Below are positions 19,456 through 28,826 of a stretch of 59,429 nt of DNA, piece after piece; the stretch's first letter is position 1, and each line of letters opens with the position of its first letter. The DNA is taken from positions 1-59,429 of IMG/VR virus record IMGVR_UViG_3300007540_000001; one strand, 5' to 3'. The translations under genes and the position numbers were made by a program. The notes under the pieces were generated by a model, which was not told the origin of the DNA, did not search any database, and saw only the letters and a program-made list of their open reading frames with translations. The stretch comes from a virus. Its lineage: Duplodnaviria > Caudoviricetes.

Positions 19456-20006
19456 TGTCATACCTTGGTAATGGACCAGCTGATGCAATAGCAACATCAA
19501 GTCAAATAGCTGATGGTGCTGTTACTACACCTAAGTTAGCAACAGGTGCTGTTACTAATGTAAAGGTTAGTGCAGGAACATTAATGGATGCTGCTGTAAA
19601 TGCTAATGCAAGTATTGCTCTTACTAAGATAGGAGACAATGCAACTCTTGCAAAGAATGATACTAATAATTCATGGGTTAAAGCTCAAGCAGGATATACT
19701 GTATCCTCTTCAGAAACTGGAGCTTTTACTTTTGATTATGATACATACCAAAATTTTATTGTAACTCTTGGAGGTAATATTACTTTCTCAAATCCTACCA
19801 CAGAAAATGTAGGACAATCAGGAGTAATAGTTTTAGTTCAAGATGGTACAGGTAGTAGAACTTTATCTTTAGGAACAGATTATGAAACAGTAGGTGGTGC
19901 TGGAATTACATTAAGTACAGCTGGAGGATCAGTTGATGTTCTACCATATTATGTAAAAGCTACAGGAAGCATTCAATTGGGTGCACCACAATTAGCATTT
20001 AGTTAG
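19455..20006 (+). CDS. Tail fibre segment/adaptor, paralog A
   Basis: IADGAVT repeats plus C-terminal QDGTGSRTL...GAPQLAF domain. Confidence 0.75.
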   Translation: MSYLGNGPADAIATSSQIADGAVTTPKLATGAVTNVKVSAGTLMDAAVNANASIALTKIGDNATLAKNDTNNSWVKAQAGYTVSSSETGAFTFDYDTYQNFIVTLGGNITFSNPTTENVGQSGVIVLVQDGTGSRTLSLGTDYETVGGAGITLSTAGGSVDVLPYYVKATGSIQLGAPQLAFS

Positions 20007-20014
20007 GAGAAGAA

Positions 20015-20425
20015 ATGACAACCAGAGCACGATACCTTGCAAGTTACCATGCTTCCGTAGGAGCTATAACTAATACAAGTCAAACTTTTAGCACAGCTCA
20101 AATAGGAGCAGTTACTACTTTAACTGATGGTGCAAACATTTCTACTGATCTCGCTGTAAATAATAATTTTCAAGTAACTCTTGCAGGTAATAGAACTTTA
20201 GATAATCCTACTAATCCGGGTGTTTCACAAACAGGTTCTATATTTATTGTACAAGATGGTTCAGGTAGTAGAACATTATCTTTTGGAACTAACTGGAAGT
20301 TTGCTGGTGGCACAGGTCCAACACTTAGTACAGCTGCTGCTGCAGTTGATAGATTAGATTATGTAGTAAAGACTGCTAGTGAAGTACAATCTGTAGTAAC
20401 TCTAGATATAAAAACGATTGCGTAG
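20015..20425 (+). CDS. Tail fibre segment/adaptor, paralog B
   Basis: LTDGANI...NNFQVTLAGNRTL...QDGSGSRTL. Confidence 0.75.
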   Translation: MTTRARYLASYHASVGAITNTSQTFSTAQIGAVTTLTDGANISTDLAVNNNFQVTLAGNRTLDNPTNPGVSQTGSIFIVQDGSGSRTLSFGTNWKFAGGTGPTLSTAAAAVDRLDYVVKTASEVQSVVTLDIKTIA

Positions 20426-20428
20426 TCC

Positions 20429-22993
20429 ATGGGAGTGCTAGGTAACAACGCACTTGTAGGAGCATCTGCAGCTGGTGCAGCAGGTGGTGGTAATTTCTAT
20501 ACGCATCAAATTCCAAACTCAGTCAGAATGGTTGCTCCTAGTAGCACATCATCAAACAATTCTAGATTAACAAAAACATTTAGTACTGTTGATTCTAATG
20601 TACATTTTACTTTAAACTTTTGGATTAAAAGATCAGCAATAGAAGGAAAAAATCCAGTTTCAAGTGCAAGACCATTAACACTATTTACTCCTAGAAGTGG
20701 TACAAGTGGTTCTGTTTTACAAGAATTTCAATTTGGTGCTACTGGTTCTTATGGAGCAGGAGATGCTTTTGTAATTACTAATACAAATAGTGGTACATAT
20801 ATTTTATCTACTAATAATTTATTTCGTGATACTTCGGCATGGTATAATATTCATATACAAGCAGATCTTGATAATGCTTCAGCAAGTGAAAAATTAAAAA
20901 TATTTGTTAATGGAACAGAAGCTTCTTATAATGTAGATAATAGAAGTTCATATACTTCTTTAGCAGGAGTAGTAGCTGGTGCTTGGACAATAGGAGATTA
21001 TTATAATTATGGTTATCCTATTCAAAGTTACCTAGCACAATGGTGTTATATTGATGGAACTACATATGCACCTACAGATTTTGCAGAAATGTCTAATGGA
21101 GTATGGATACCTAAAGATGTTACTGGATTAACATTTGGAAGTGCAGGACATTTATTAATGTTTCAAGATAGTAGTGCTTTAGGAGATGATACAAGTGGTA
21201 ATACTAATGATTGGACTTCCTCTAATCTTGACACACACGACCAAATGTTAGATACTCCCACCTTCAACTCTAGTTCTAATGGTGGTAATTATCCTACATA
21301 CAATCCTTTATTAAAACCACCTAGTAATTTAACTCTTGCAGAAGGTAATTTAAAAGCTACATTAACTTCAAATAATACTGGAATTATGACTAATTGGCAA
21401 GTTCCTTTAACTGGTAAATGGTATTGGGAAGTTGATATGGATAATATACCTTCAGGTCAAGGAATATATATAGGAGTTATGCCAGCAAATACTGACCTTA
21501 CTATTAATCAAGAATCAAATAATTTAGGACTTGTTTATTATTCTATTAATGGAAATAGTATATTAAAAGGTACTAGGTCGTCTTATGGTGCAACTTTTAC
21601 TACAGGTGATATTATAAGTATAGCTGTTGATAGAGATGCTGATACTATACAGTTTTATAAAAATGGTTCTGCACAGGGATCAGCAATAGATGTATCTAGT
21701 CTTGATGCAGAGTTCTTTTGTTATATGGGTTGTACAGGAGGAAGTGGGCCATTTAGTGCAATTCTTAATTTTGGACAAGATGGAACTTTTGCTGGAAATG
21801 TTACAGCACAAGGTAATAGTGATGACACAGGCTATGGTAACTTTTATTATGCTCCACCTACAGGATTCTTAGCTATGTGTTCTGGTAATCAGCCACTATC
21901 TGCACAAATAGATCCAGCACAAAATTCAGATGATTATCCACAAAAATTATTTGGTGCTTATACTTATGTAGGAAATAATGATGGTGATAGAACTGTATCA
22001 ACAGATTTTCAAACAGATATGGCATGGATAAAAGTTAGAAGTATTGTAGATAATAATTATATTCAAGATTCTACCAGAGGATTTGGGTTTAGTAAATCTA
22101 TTAGTACTAACTCAACAGGACTAGAAGGAGCTAATGGTGGAGCTCCAACCACTACTAAAGTAGATTCTGTATCTTCCTCTAATATGGTAGTTACTGGAGC
22201 AGATTTTACTTATTCAAGTGCAACTTATGTTGCGTGGCTTTGGAGAGCAAATGGTGGAACAACAGTAACAAATACACAAGGTTCAGAAGACTCTACAGTA
22301 CAAACAGATCCTTCAGGACATTTTAGTATTGTAAAATGGACAGGTACAAGTGATTCATGGGGTAATGCTATTACAGTTGGGCATGGATTAAATGCTGCTC
22401 CTGATCTTATAATTGGAAAAAAGTATTTAGGAAATGCAGATGAATGGCAAATATTCTTTAGTGATTATGGAGATTATTCTATAGGTGGTTCTAATGCTGC
22501 TTCTAATTCTTTAGTTTTAAATAATGATTCTGCTCTTTATACAAATCAATCATATAAAGGTTATGGTGGTGTTATGCCTACTTCAACAGTATTTACAGTA
22601 GATGGTAATAATCTTAATGGTTCTGGTGATACAGTTTTAGCTTATTGTTTTGCAAATTGTGAAGGATATATTAAAGTAGGAACATACGAAGGAAATGCAA
22701 ATGCAGATGGTGTATTTGTTTATACTGGATTTGAACCAGCATTTTTTATGTGCAAACCTTTACCAGCAGGAAATTGGAGAATACAAGATACTAAAAGGTC
22801 TCCTTATAATGTAGCTAATAAAACTTTATTTCCTAATCATACGAATGCAGAACAAAGTTACAGTTCAGATCGTATAGATATATTATCAAATGGAGTAAAA
22901 ATGAGAGCATCAGATTCAAATTATAACCAAGCAACAACATTTGTATACTTAGCTATGGCACATAATCCTTTTAAGTACTCATTGGCTAGGTAG
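20429..22993 (+). CDS. Receptor-binding protein with ConA-like/SPRY domains, paralog 1
   Basis: FRDTSAWY, GVWIPKD, GKWYWEV, NFGQ, C-terminal AHNPFKY. Confidence 0.75.
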   Translation: MGVLGNNALVGASAAGAAGGGNFYTHQIPNSVRMVAPSSTSSNNSRLTKTFSTVDSNVHFTLNFWIKRSAIEGKNPVSSARPLTLFTPRSGTSGSVLQEFQFGATGSYGAGDAFVITNTNSGTYILSTNNLFRDTSAWYNIHIQADLDNASASEKLKIFVNGTEASYNVDNRSSYTSLAGVVAGAWTIGDYYNYGYPIQSYLAQWCYIDGTTYAPTDFAEMSNGVWIPKDVTGLTFGSAGHLLMFQDSSALGDDTSGNTNDWTSSNLDTHDQMLDTPTFNSSSNGGNYPTYNPLLKPPSNLTLAEGNLKATLTSNNTGIMTNWQVPLTGKWYWEVDMDNIPSGQGIYIGVMPANTDLTINQESNNLGLVYYSINGNSILKGTRSSYGATFTTGDIISIAVDRDADTIQFYKNGSAQGSAIDVSSLDAEFFCYMGCTGGSGPFSAILNFGQDGTFAGNVTAQGNSDDTGYGNFYYAPPTGFLAMCSGNQPLSAQIDPAQNSDDYPQKLFGAYTYVGNNDGDRTVSTDFQTDMAWIKVRSIVDNNYIQDSTRGFGFSKSISTNSTGLEGANGGAPTTTKVDSVSSSNMVVTGADFTYSSATYVAWLWRANGGTTVTNTQGSEDSTVQTDPSGHFSIVKWTGTSDSWGNAITVGHGLNAAPDLIIGKKYLGNADEWQIFFSDYGDYSIGGSNAASNSLVLNNDSALYTNQSYKGYGGVMPTSTVFTVDGNNLNGSGDTVLAYCFANCEGYIKVGTYEGNANADGVFVYTGFEPAFFMCKPLPAGNWRIQDTKRSPYNVANKTLFPNHTNAEQSYSSDRIDILSNGVKMRASDSNYNQATTFVYLAMAHNPFKYSLAR

Positions 22994-23010
22994 AATTAAT
23001 ATGATAAAAT
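22982..23010 (+). promoter_or_regulatory. Promoter
   Basis: TTGGCT-17nt-TAAAAT with TGA extended -10. Confidence 0.5.
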
Positions 23011-23037
23011 ACAAATTATAACTAAAGGAGAAATAAA

Positions 23038-23652
23038 ATGTGGGCACTCGTAAAAGATGGAAGTGTAAGTGAGATAATTGCACATCCAAAAAGTATAGTA
23101 GATGAGAATGGGATACAACATCCTCGTTCTGTTTTTACTATATGGACTAAAGAAGAAAGGTTAGGATTAGGTATCTATGATGTTATCATGGCTCCTACAT
23201 ATAATCCTAATTATTATATATCTCATGATCCAACTTATGAAATAGATGGTGATAATGTCGTACAGTCTATTGAAAAAGCAGGTGATATTAAATTAGAAGA
23301 TGAAGATGCATTAGATGAAGAAGGTAATAATCTTTTAGATATTAGTGGTAATCAAGTAATCAATAGAGGATTAAAATATAGTACTATTCAAAAAGTTAAA
23401 TCTCAACAAGCATCTTATCTAAGTTCAACTGATTGGGCTATTATTAGAAAAAGTGATAATGGAACAGAGATACCAGCAAACATTCAAACACATAGAGATG
23501 CTATAAGAAGTAAAGCAGAAGAAATGGAAACAGCTATTAGTGAATGTTCAACTATGGATGATTTTATTGCTCTTAATACTTCTACTCATAATGAAGATGG
23601 AACAATAAAAGAAATAGCACTATTAAATGATTGGCCTCAACTAGGAGAATAA
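23038..23652 (+). CDS. Tail fibre assembly chaperone-like protein
   Basis: LSSTDW...HRDAIR...DWP. Confidence 0.7.
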   Translation: MWALVKDGSVSEIIAHPKSIVDENGIQHPRSVFTIWTKEERLGLGIYDVIMAPTYNPNYYISHDPTYEIDGDNVVQSIEKAGDIKLEDEDALDEEGNNLLDISGNQVINRGLKYSTIQKVKSQQASYLSSTDWAIIRKSDNGTEIPANIQTHRDAIRSKAEEMETAISECSTMDDFIALNTSTHNEDGTIKEIALLNDWPQLGE

Positions 23653-23653
23653 T

Positions 23654-24412
23654 ATGGCTTATATCGGTCAAGGACTACAATATGGAAAAACTGATAAAGC
23701 TATTGTAACTGCTACTGGTGGACAAACTACTTTCTCTCCTTTAACATATACAGTTGGTTCTGTTGATGTTTTTCTTAATGGTGTATTATTAGATGCATCT
23801 GATTATACAGCTACTAATGGTACTAGTATAGTATTAGATGTAGGAGCAAGTGCAGGAGATTTACTTGAAGCCCACGCACAAAAGTATATCTCTTCTTTCA
23901 CTACAGCTTCTACACAGTTTACTATTGCTGGAGATGGTGGTGGTTCACAAGTTATTAATGATGGTGATACAATTACCTTTGAAGGTGGCACAGATATTAC
24001 AGCTGCTGTCTGTGCAACAGATACAGTTAAAGTAAGTGCAAGTCCTACTATAGCTAGAACTAATGTAGCTCAAAGTTTTACAGCAGCACAAAGAGGAGCT
24101 ACTCTTACTGATGCAACTAATACTGGTAATATAACTTTAAACTATGATACTTATCAAAACTTTGTTTTAACTCTTACAGGTAATGTAACTTTAGATAATC
24201 CAACTACAGATGTAGTGGGACAATCAGGAGTTATGGTTCTTATACAAGATGGTACAGGCTCACGTACTTTATCTTTGGGAACAGATTATGAAACAGTAGG
24301 TGGAGCAGGAATAACTTTAAGTACAGCAGGAGGATCACTTGATGTTCTTCCATACTTTATTTCAGAAGCAGGTAAAATACAATTAGGTGCTCCTCAGTTA
24401 GCATTCGCATAA
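23654..24412 (+). CDS. Tail fibre segment/adaptor, paralog C
   Basis: ATGGQTTF...VFLNGV...DYTATNGTSIVL plus a C-terminal domain near-identical to 19455..20006. Confidence 0.75.
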   Translation: MAYIGQGLQYGKTDKAIVTATGGQTTFSPLTYTVGSVDVFLNGVLLDASDYTATNGTSIVLDVGASAGDLLEAHAQKYISSFTTASTQFTIAGDGGGSQVINDGDTITFEGGTDITAAVCATDTVKVSASPTIARTNVAQSFTAAQRGATLTDATNTGNITLNYDTYQNFVLTLTGNVTLDNPTTDVVGQSGVMVLIQDGTGSRTLSLGTDYETVGGAGITLSTAGGSLDVLPYFISEAGKIQLGAPQLAFA

Positions 24413-24423
24413 AGGAATAATAA

Positions 24424-26946
24424 ATGTTTAATAATCAACTATGGCAAAAACCAGCAGGTGGTGCAGTTGACAATTTTTATGACCATCAAATTTCTAAAAG
24501 TTTTAGATTTGAATCTGGTTATTTAAAGTGGACTCCGGGTAGTGCAGGTAATAGACAAGTCTGGACTTTTAGTATGTGGGTTAAAAAAACTGAAAACACA
24601 TATCAAAATGTATTAAATGCAGGTACATCTGGTAATCAAGATAGTAGACTCAGAATGTATTGGTATCAGGATAAATTAAGTGCTTCATCAGCAAATGCTA
24701 ATTTTAATAATAGTGCAGCAGTATATCGAGATACTTCTGCATGGCAACATGTAGTATGGAAATTGACGGGAGGTACTTCTTATCAATATGTTAATGGCAC
24801 TTTAGCTTCTTCTTATGCTGTATCTGGTAATACTGCTATAAATAATAATGTAGAACATACTTTAGGTATTGATGGAAGTTATACTGCTGCTGATAAATTT
24901 ACAGGATATATGGCAGAGGTAGTTTTTATTGATGGAACTGCTCTTGATCCTACTGATTTTGCTGAAACCAAAAATGGAGTATGGATTCCTAAAGATGTTT
25001 CAGGATTAACATTTGGTTCTCAAGGTTACTATTTAGATTTTGCAAATGCGTCTGCTCCCGGTAATGATGTGAGTGGAAACAATAATGATTGGACAAATGT
25101 CTCTTTAGCAACTGACGATCAAATGGTAGACTCTCCAACCTTTGGAAGTAGTTCTACTGGTAATTGTTGTACTTTAAATACTTTAACTGAACAAAGTGGT
25201 CTTACTATTTCTGAAGGCAACTTAAAAATGAGTCGTAGTTCAGCAGGAAATGTTGCTATTCCTGCAACTATGGGTGCTTCTACAGGAAAATATTATTTTG
25301 AAGTATATTGGAATAATGACACAGGAGTAGGAAATTATGCTTGGGGTTTTGTTGAGCCAGAAAGTACAATATTTGGTAATAATACTGCTATTGCTATTCC
25401 TGACACATACAATTTAAGAAATAATTCTGGTCAAACTTATGTAAATGGTAATAGTGCTAATATGAATGGCACACAGCCTACTACAGGAACAATTATAGGT
25501 GTAGCAATAGATTTTGATAATGGTAAAATATTTTATGGTCAAGATGGAGGCTCTGGTTCCAGATCTATGAACTGGAATAATTCAGATACAGGTACAGGTG
25601 TTCCTGCTGATGGTACAAATCCTGCTCAAACATTTACTGCTGGTAGTATCACTCTTATTCCTGCTTTTAGTATATCTTCTATAGGTGATACTAATTGGAT
25701 ACTAAATTTTGGACAGTCATCAGCTTTTTCTGGAGCCCTCACCAGTCAAGGAAATACAGATGGTAATGGTCAAGGAGATTTTTATTACTCTCCACCTACA
25801 GGATTTACAGGTTGGGCAACTGGAGGATTATCAATGGATTCAAATGTAGATCCTGCCCAGACTGACGATGGTTATCCGCAAAAACAATTTAATATGTTAC
25901 AATACACAGGTAATGGTTCTCAAAGAACATTAACTACTCAATTCCAAATAGACATGGGTTGGAATAGATCAACAATACAAGCTCAAAATTGGTACACACT
26001 AGATACAAGTAGAGGATGGTTTGGAGCTAGTTCTAATAATAAATACTTATCAATGAATTTAGTTGACCAAGAAGCAACATTTCCACAATACAATTTTAAT
26101 GCTCAGAGTGGTAATGATATTACTTTAACAAGTGGCACAGCATTTAATTCTGGTAGTCATACGCAACAAATGTGGTACTGGAAAGGTAATGGAGGAACAA
26201 CTACAACTCCAAGTGGAGGAACTTTAGCAACTACTGTTCAAGCAAATACTGATGCAGGGTTTTCTATAGTTCAATATACAGGTGATGGAGGTACAAGTAA
26301 TTTTACATTAGCTCATGGTCTGGGTAAAAAACCAAATATGGTATTACTAAAAGACAGAAGTAATAATAGTAATAACCAACAATGGCATGTTTTTATGATT
26401 GATGCTGGTTCTATTCCAAATGAAAATTACTTTTATACCTCTTATGCTTCTACAGGGCAAACATCTACTAATGGAACTGTAAATAGTAGTACCACTACAG
26501 CTACTGTATTAGGAATGAGTAGAACAAGTGCTATAGGTGGTGGAATGAGTATATCTCAAAGTGGTCATAATTTTGTTATGTATGTCTTTGCAAATATAGA
26601 AGGCTATTCTAAATATGATATGTATGTTGGAAATAATTCTAATGATGGCACATTTGTTTATACTGGATTCAAACCAGCTTTTATATGTATCAAAGATTTT
26701 GATAGTGCTAATTCTTGGAGAACATATGACGCTATAAATGATCCTGTTAATCCAGCTGATCATTGGATGGTATTAGACGGGAGTCCTGTTGCTATAAATA
26801 CTTCTGATACAACTTCTGATATAGACTTTCTTAGTAATGGATTCAAAATTAGAGGTGATGCGAGTACAATCAATGGTACTGATGGTAATAAATATATGTA
26901 TATGGCGTGGGGATCTAATCCATTTAAATATGCAACAGCAAGATAA
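24424..26946 (+). CDS. Receptor-binding protein with ConA-like/SPRY domains, paralog 2
   Basis: Colinear with 20429..22993: YRDTSAW, GVWIPKD, GKYYFEV, NPFKYA. Confidence 0.75.
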   Translation: MFNNQLWQKPAGGAVDNFYDHQISKSFRFESGYLKWTPGSAGNRQVWTFSMWVKKTENTYQNVLNAGTSGNQDSRLRMYWYQDKLSASSANANFNNSAAVYRDTSAWQHVVWKLTGGTSYQYVNGTLASSYAVSGNTAINNNVEHTLGIDGSYTAADKFTGYMAEVVFIDGTALDPTDFAETKNGVWIPKDVSGLTFGSQGYYLDFANASAPGNDVSGNNNDWTNVSLATDDQMVDSPTFGSSSTGNCCTLNTLTEQSGLTISEGNLKMSRSSAGNVAIPATMGASTGKYYFEVYWNNDTGVGNYAWGFVEPESTIFGNNTAIAIPDTYNLRNNSGQTYVNGNSANMNGTQPTTGTIIGVAIDFDNGKIFYGQDGGSGSRSMNWNNSDTGTGVPADGTNPAQTFTAGSITLIPAFSISSIGDTNWILNFGQSSAFSGALTSQGNTDGNGQGDFYYSPPTGFTGWATGGLSMDSNVDPAQTDDGYPQKQFNMLQYTGNGSQRTLTTQFQIDMGWNRSTIQAQNWYTLDTSRGWFGASSNNKYLSMNLVDQEATFPQYNFNAQSGNDITLTSGTAFNSGSHTQQMWYWKGNGGTTTTPSGGTLATTVQANTDAGFSIVQYTGDGGTSNFTLAHGLGKKPNMVLLKDRSNNSNNQQWHVFMIDAGSIPNENYFYTSYASTGQTSTNGTVNSSTTTATVLGMSRTSAIGGGMSISQSGHNFVMYVFANIEGYSKYDMYVGNNSNDGTFVYTGFKPAFICIKDFDSANSWRTYDAINDPVNPADHWMVLDGSPVAINTSDTTSDIDFLSNGFKIRGDASTINGTDGNKYMYMAWGSNPFKYATAR

Positions 26947-26974
26947 TTTTGAATAACAACTAAGGTATGGTACA

Positions 26975-27196
26975 ATGACTGATAAGACTGCAATGGAATT
27001 AGCTCTTAAAGCTTTAAAGAAAATAGAAGAACATGAAAAAGAATGTGGTCTAAGGTGGGCAGAAGCAACAGTAGAATTACGTGGATTAAGAGAAGACACA
27101 ACTCGTAATACACAAAGATGGGAAAGACTAGCTTGGCTAGTTTGTGGTACACTTATAACAGCAATTATTGCTGCATGGATTAAAGGAAACTTCTAA
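26975..27196 (+). CDS. Coiled-coil protein with C-terminal transmembrane helix
   Basis: HEKECGLRW coiled coil followed by a hydrophobic helix. Confidence 0.7.
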   Translation: MTDKTAMELALKALKKIEEHEKECGLRWAEATVELRGLREDTTRNTQRWERLAWLVCGTLITAIIAAWIKGNF

Positions 27197-27906
27197 TGTC
27201 ATCAACATATACAACACGATTAAGACTAGAAAAACAAGGAGATGGAGAGAATCCTAATACATGGGGACAGAAACTTAATCAAAGTGTAATTGATTTAGTT
27301 GACTCTGCTGTAGCAGGATATACTAATGTTGTAGTAAGTAGTGTAGATCTTACATTAACAACATCAGATGGAGGAGCTGATCAATCTCGAACTAAAACTT
27401 TAGAAGTGACAGGTACTTTAACTTCTAATGTAGCTATTATTATTCCTCAAGTTCAAAAAGATTATATGGTTTATAATAATACTAGTGGTGCATATACTGT
27501 AACAATTAAAACAGTTGCTGCTGCTGGTTCATCTATAGCACAAGGTGGTATTGGATCTGTTATTTGTGATGGTACTAATGTACATGCAGCTAATGGTACA
27601 GGTATTGGAGCTAAGAATTTATTTGCAGTAAGTGCATCTGATATAGGTGTTGATTTAATTACACAAGCAACAACAGCAACAACTAGAGCTCAAATAGGAA
27701 TGGATAGTGCATATGTTAGTACTACAGCTTTGATTGATAATGCTGTTATATCTACTAAGATTACAACCACAGGGAGTACAGCGATAGGCAATGCAATAGG
27801 TCAACGATTGGTTTCAACAGCAGGACCAACAAGTGCAACTGATCCGGGTTCTCTAGGTACATTATATACAGGAGATCTTTGGTATAAAACTACTGCGTTC
27901 TCATAA
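27196..27906 (+). CDS. Tail fibre/baseplate-attachment protein
   Basis: MSSTYTTRLRLEKQGDGEN..TWG N-terminus; GDLWY near the C-terminus. Confidence 0.75.
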   Translation: MSSTYTTRLRLEKQGDGENPNTWGQKLNQSVIDLVDSAVAGYTNVVVSSVDLTLTTSDGGADQSRTKTLEVTGTLTSNVAIIIPQVQKDYMVYNNTSGAYTVTIKTVAAAGSSIAQGGIGSVICDGTNVHAANGTGIGAKNLFAVSASDIGVDLITQATTATTRAQIGMDSAYVSTTALIDNAVISTKITTTGSTAIGNAIGQRLVSTAGPTSATDPGSLGTLYTGDLWYKTTAFS

Positions 27907-28826
27907 TGGCATCATCATTCTACATAATAGAGGGTGGAGTTTGGAAGAAAGTTTCCGAAGCTAGTATCTATACTGGAAGTGCATGGGAATCTGTATCAAA
28001 TATTTACTATTGGAATGGTAGTGCATGGGTAAAAGGATTTACCAAAGGCTTTGAATTTAGTAAAACTTTTTCAGGAACTACAAATAATTTTGATACAGCT
28101 ACAGAAGCAACTGCTCAAGGATGGAATGGAACAGATAGTGTGATAGCTAATTTAACTTTATCAAGTGCAGCTATTATTAGAAGTAGTTCTGTAAGTACTT
28201 ATGCATTTGAAACTACTGGTTTACCTGCTAACTCTCAAGTTAATCTTACATTAGATACTGGAACTTATATTGTAGGTAAAGGTGGAAAAGGTGCTATAGG
28301 TTCTTTCTCTGTAGTTATTCCATATCCAGATCCCGGATATAGTGATGGACAACCGGGTGGACCAGCTATACAAATTATTAGTGGTGTTACTATGAATCTT
28401 ACTAACAACGGAACCATCGGAGGCGGTGGAGGCGGAGGTGGTGGAGGAAATGGTGGTGAAGCCTTTGCTCTTGCTGGAAGTTTCCAAGGAGGATCTGGTG
28501 GAGGTGGAGCTGGTTATGGAGAGGGAGGCCCTGTGAATCCCGGACAAGCTAATGCTTATGTATCTGGACCTGCAGGTAATCCCGGAACTTTAACTACTGG
28601 TGGAACAGGAGTTGGTACTATTAATACTCATAGTTCTTTTGGTGGAACTGGTGGTAATGGTGGTACTTTAGGAAGTGCTGGTATTAATGCAGTTAATGGT
28701 GGTAGTGCACCATATGGAATGTATAGTTCTGCTGGTTCTGGGGGAGCAGCAGGTGTAGCTATTAATGGATGGTCAAGAACTAATGCAATAACAGCAGGTA
28801 CAATTTTAGGAGCAAAAAATAACTAA
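27906..28826 (+). CDS. Glycine-rich adhesin (gp38-like fibre tip)
   Basis: Trp-rich N-terminus, NNGTIGGGGGGGG and many polyglycine segments. Confidence 0.7.
   Translation: MASSFYIIEGGVWKKVSEASIYTGSAWESVSNIYYWNGSAWVKGFTKGFEFSKTFSGTTNNFDTATEATAQGWNGTDSVIANLTLSSAAIIRSSSVSTYAFETTGLPANSQVNLTLDTGTYIVGKGGKGAIGSFSVVIPYPDPGYSDGQPGGPAIQIISGVTMNLTNNGTIGGGGGGGGGGNGGEAFALAGSFQGGSGGGGAGYGEGGPVNPGQANAYVSGPAGNPGTLTTGGTGVGTINTHSSFGGTGGNGGTLGSAGINAVNGGSAPYGMYSSAGSGGAAGVAINGWSRTNAITAGTILGAKNN

Noticed and set aside
19860-24348. Diversity-generating retroelement TR/VR pair
   Set aside because: No reverse transcriptase; differences are mostly synonymous third-position changes in paralogous genes
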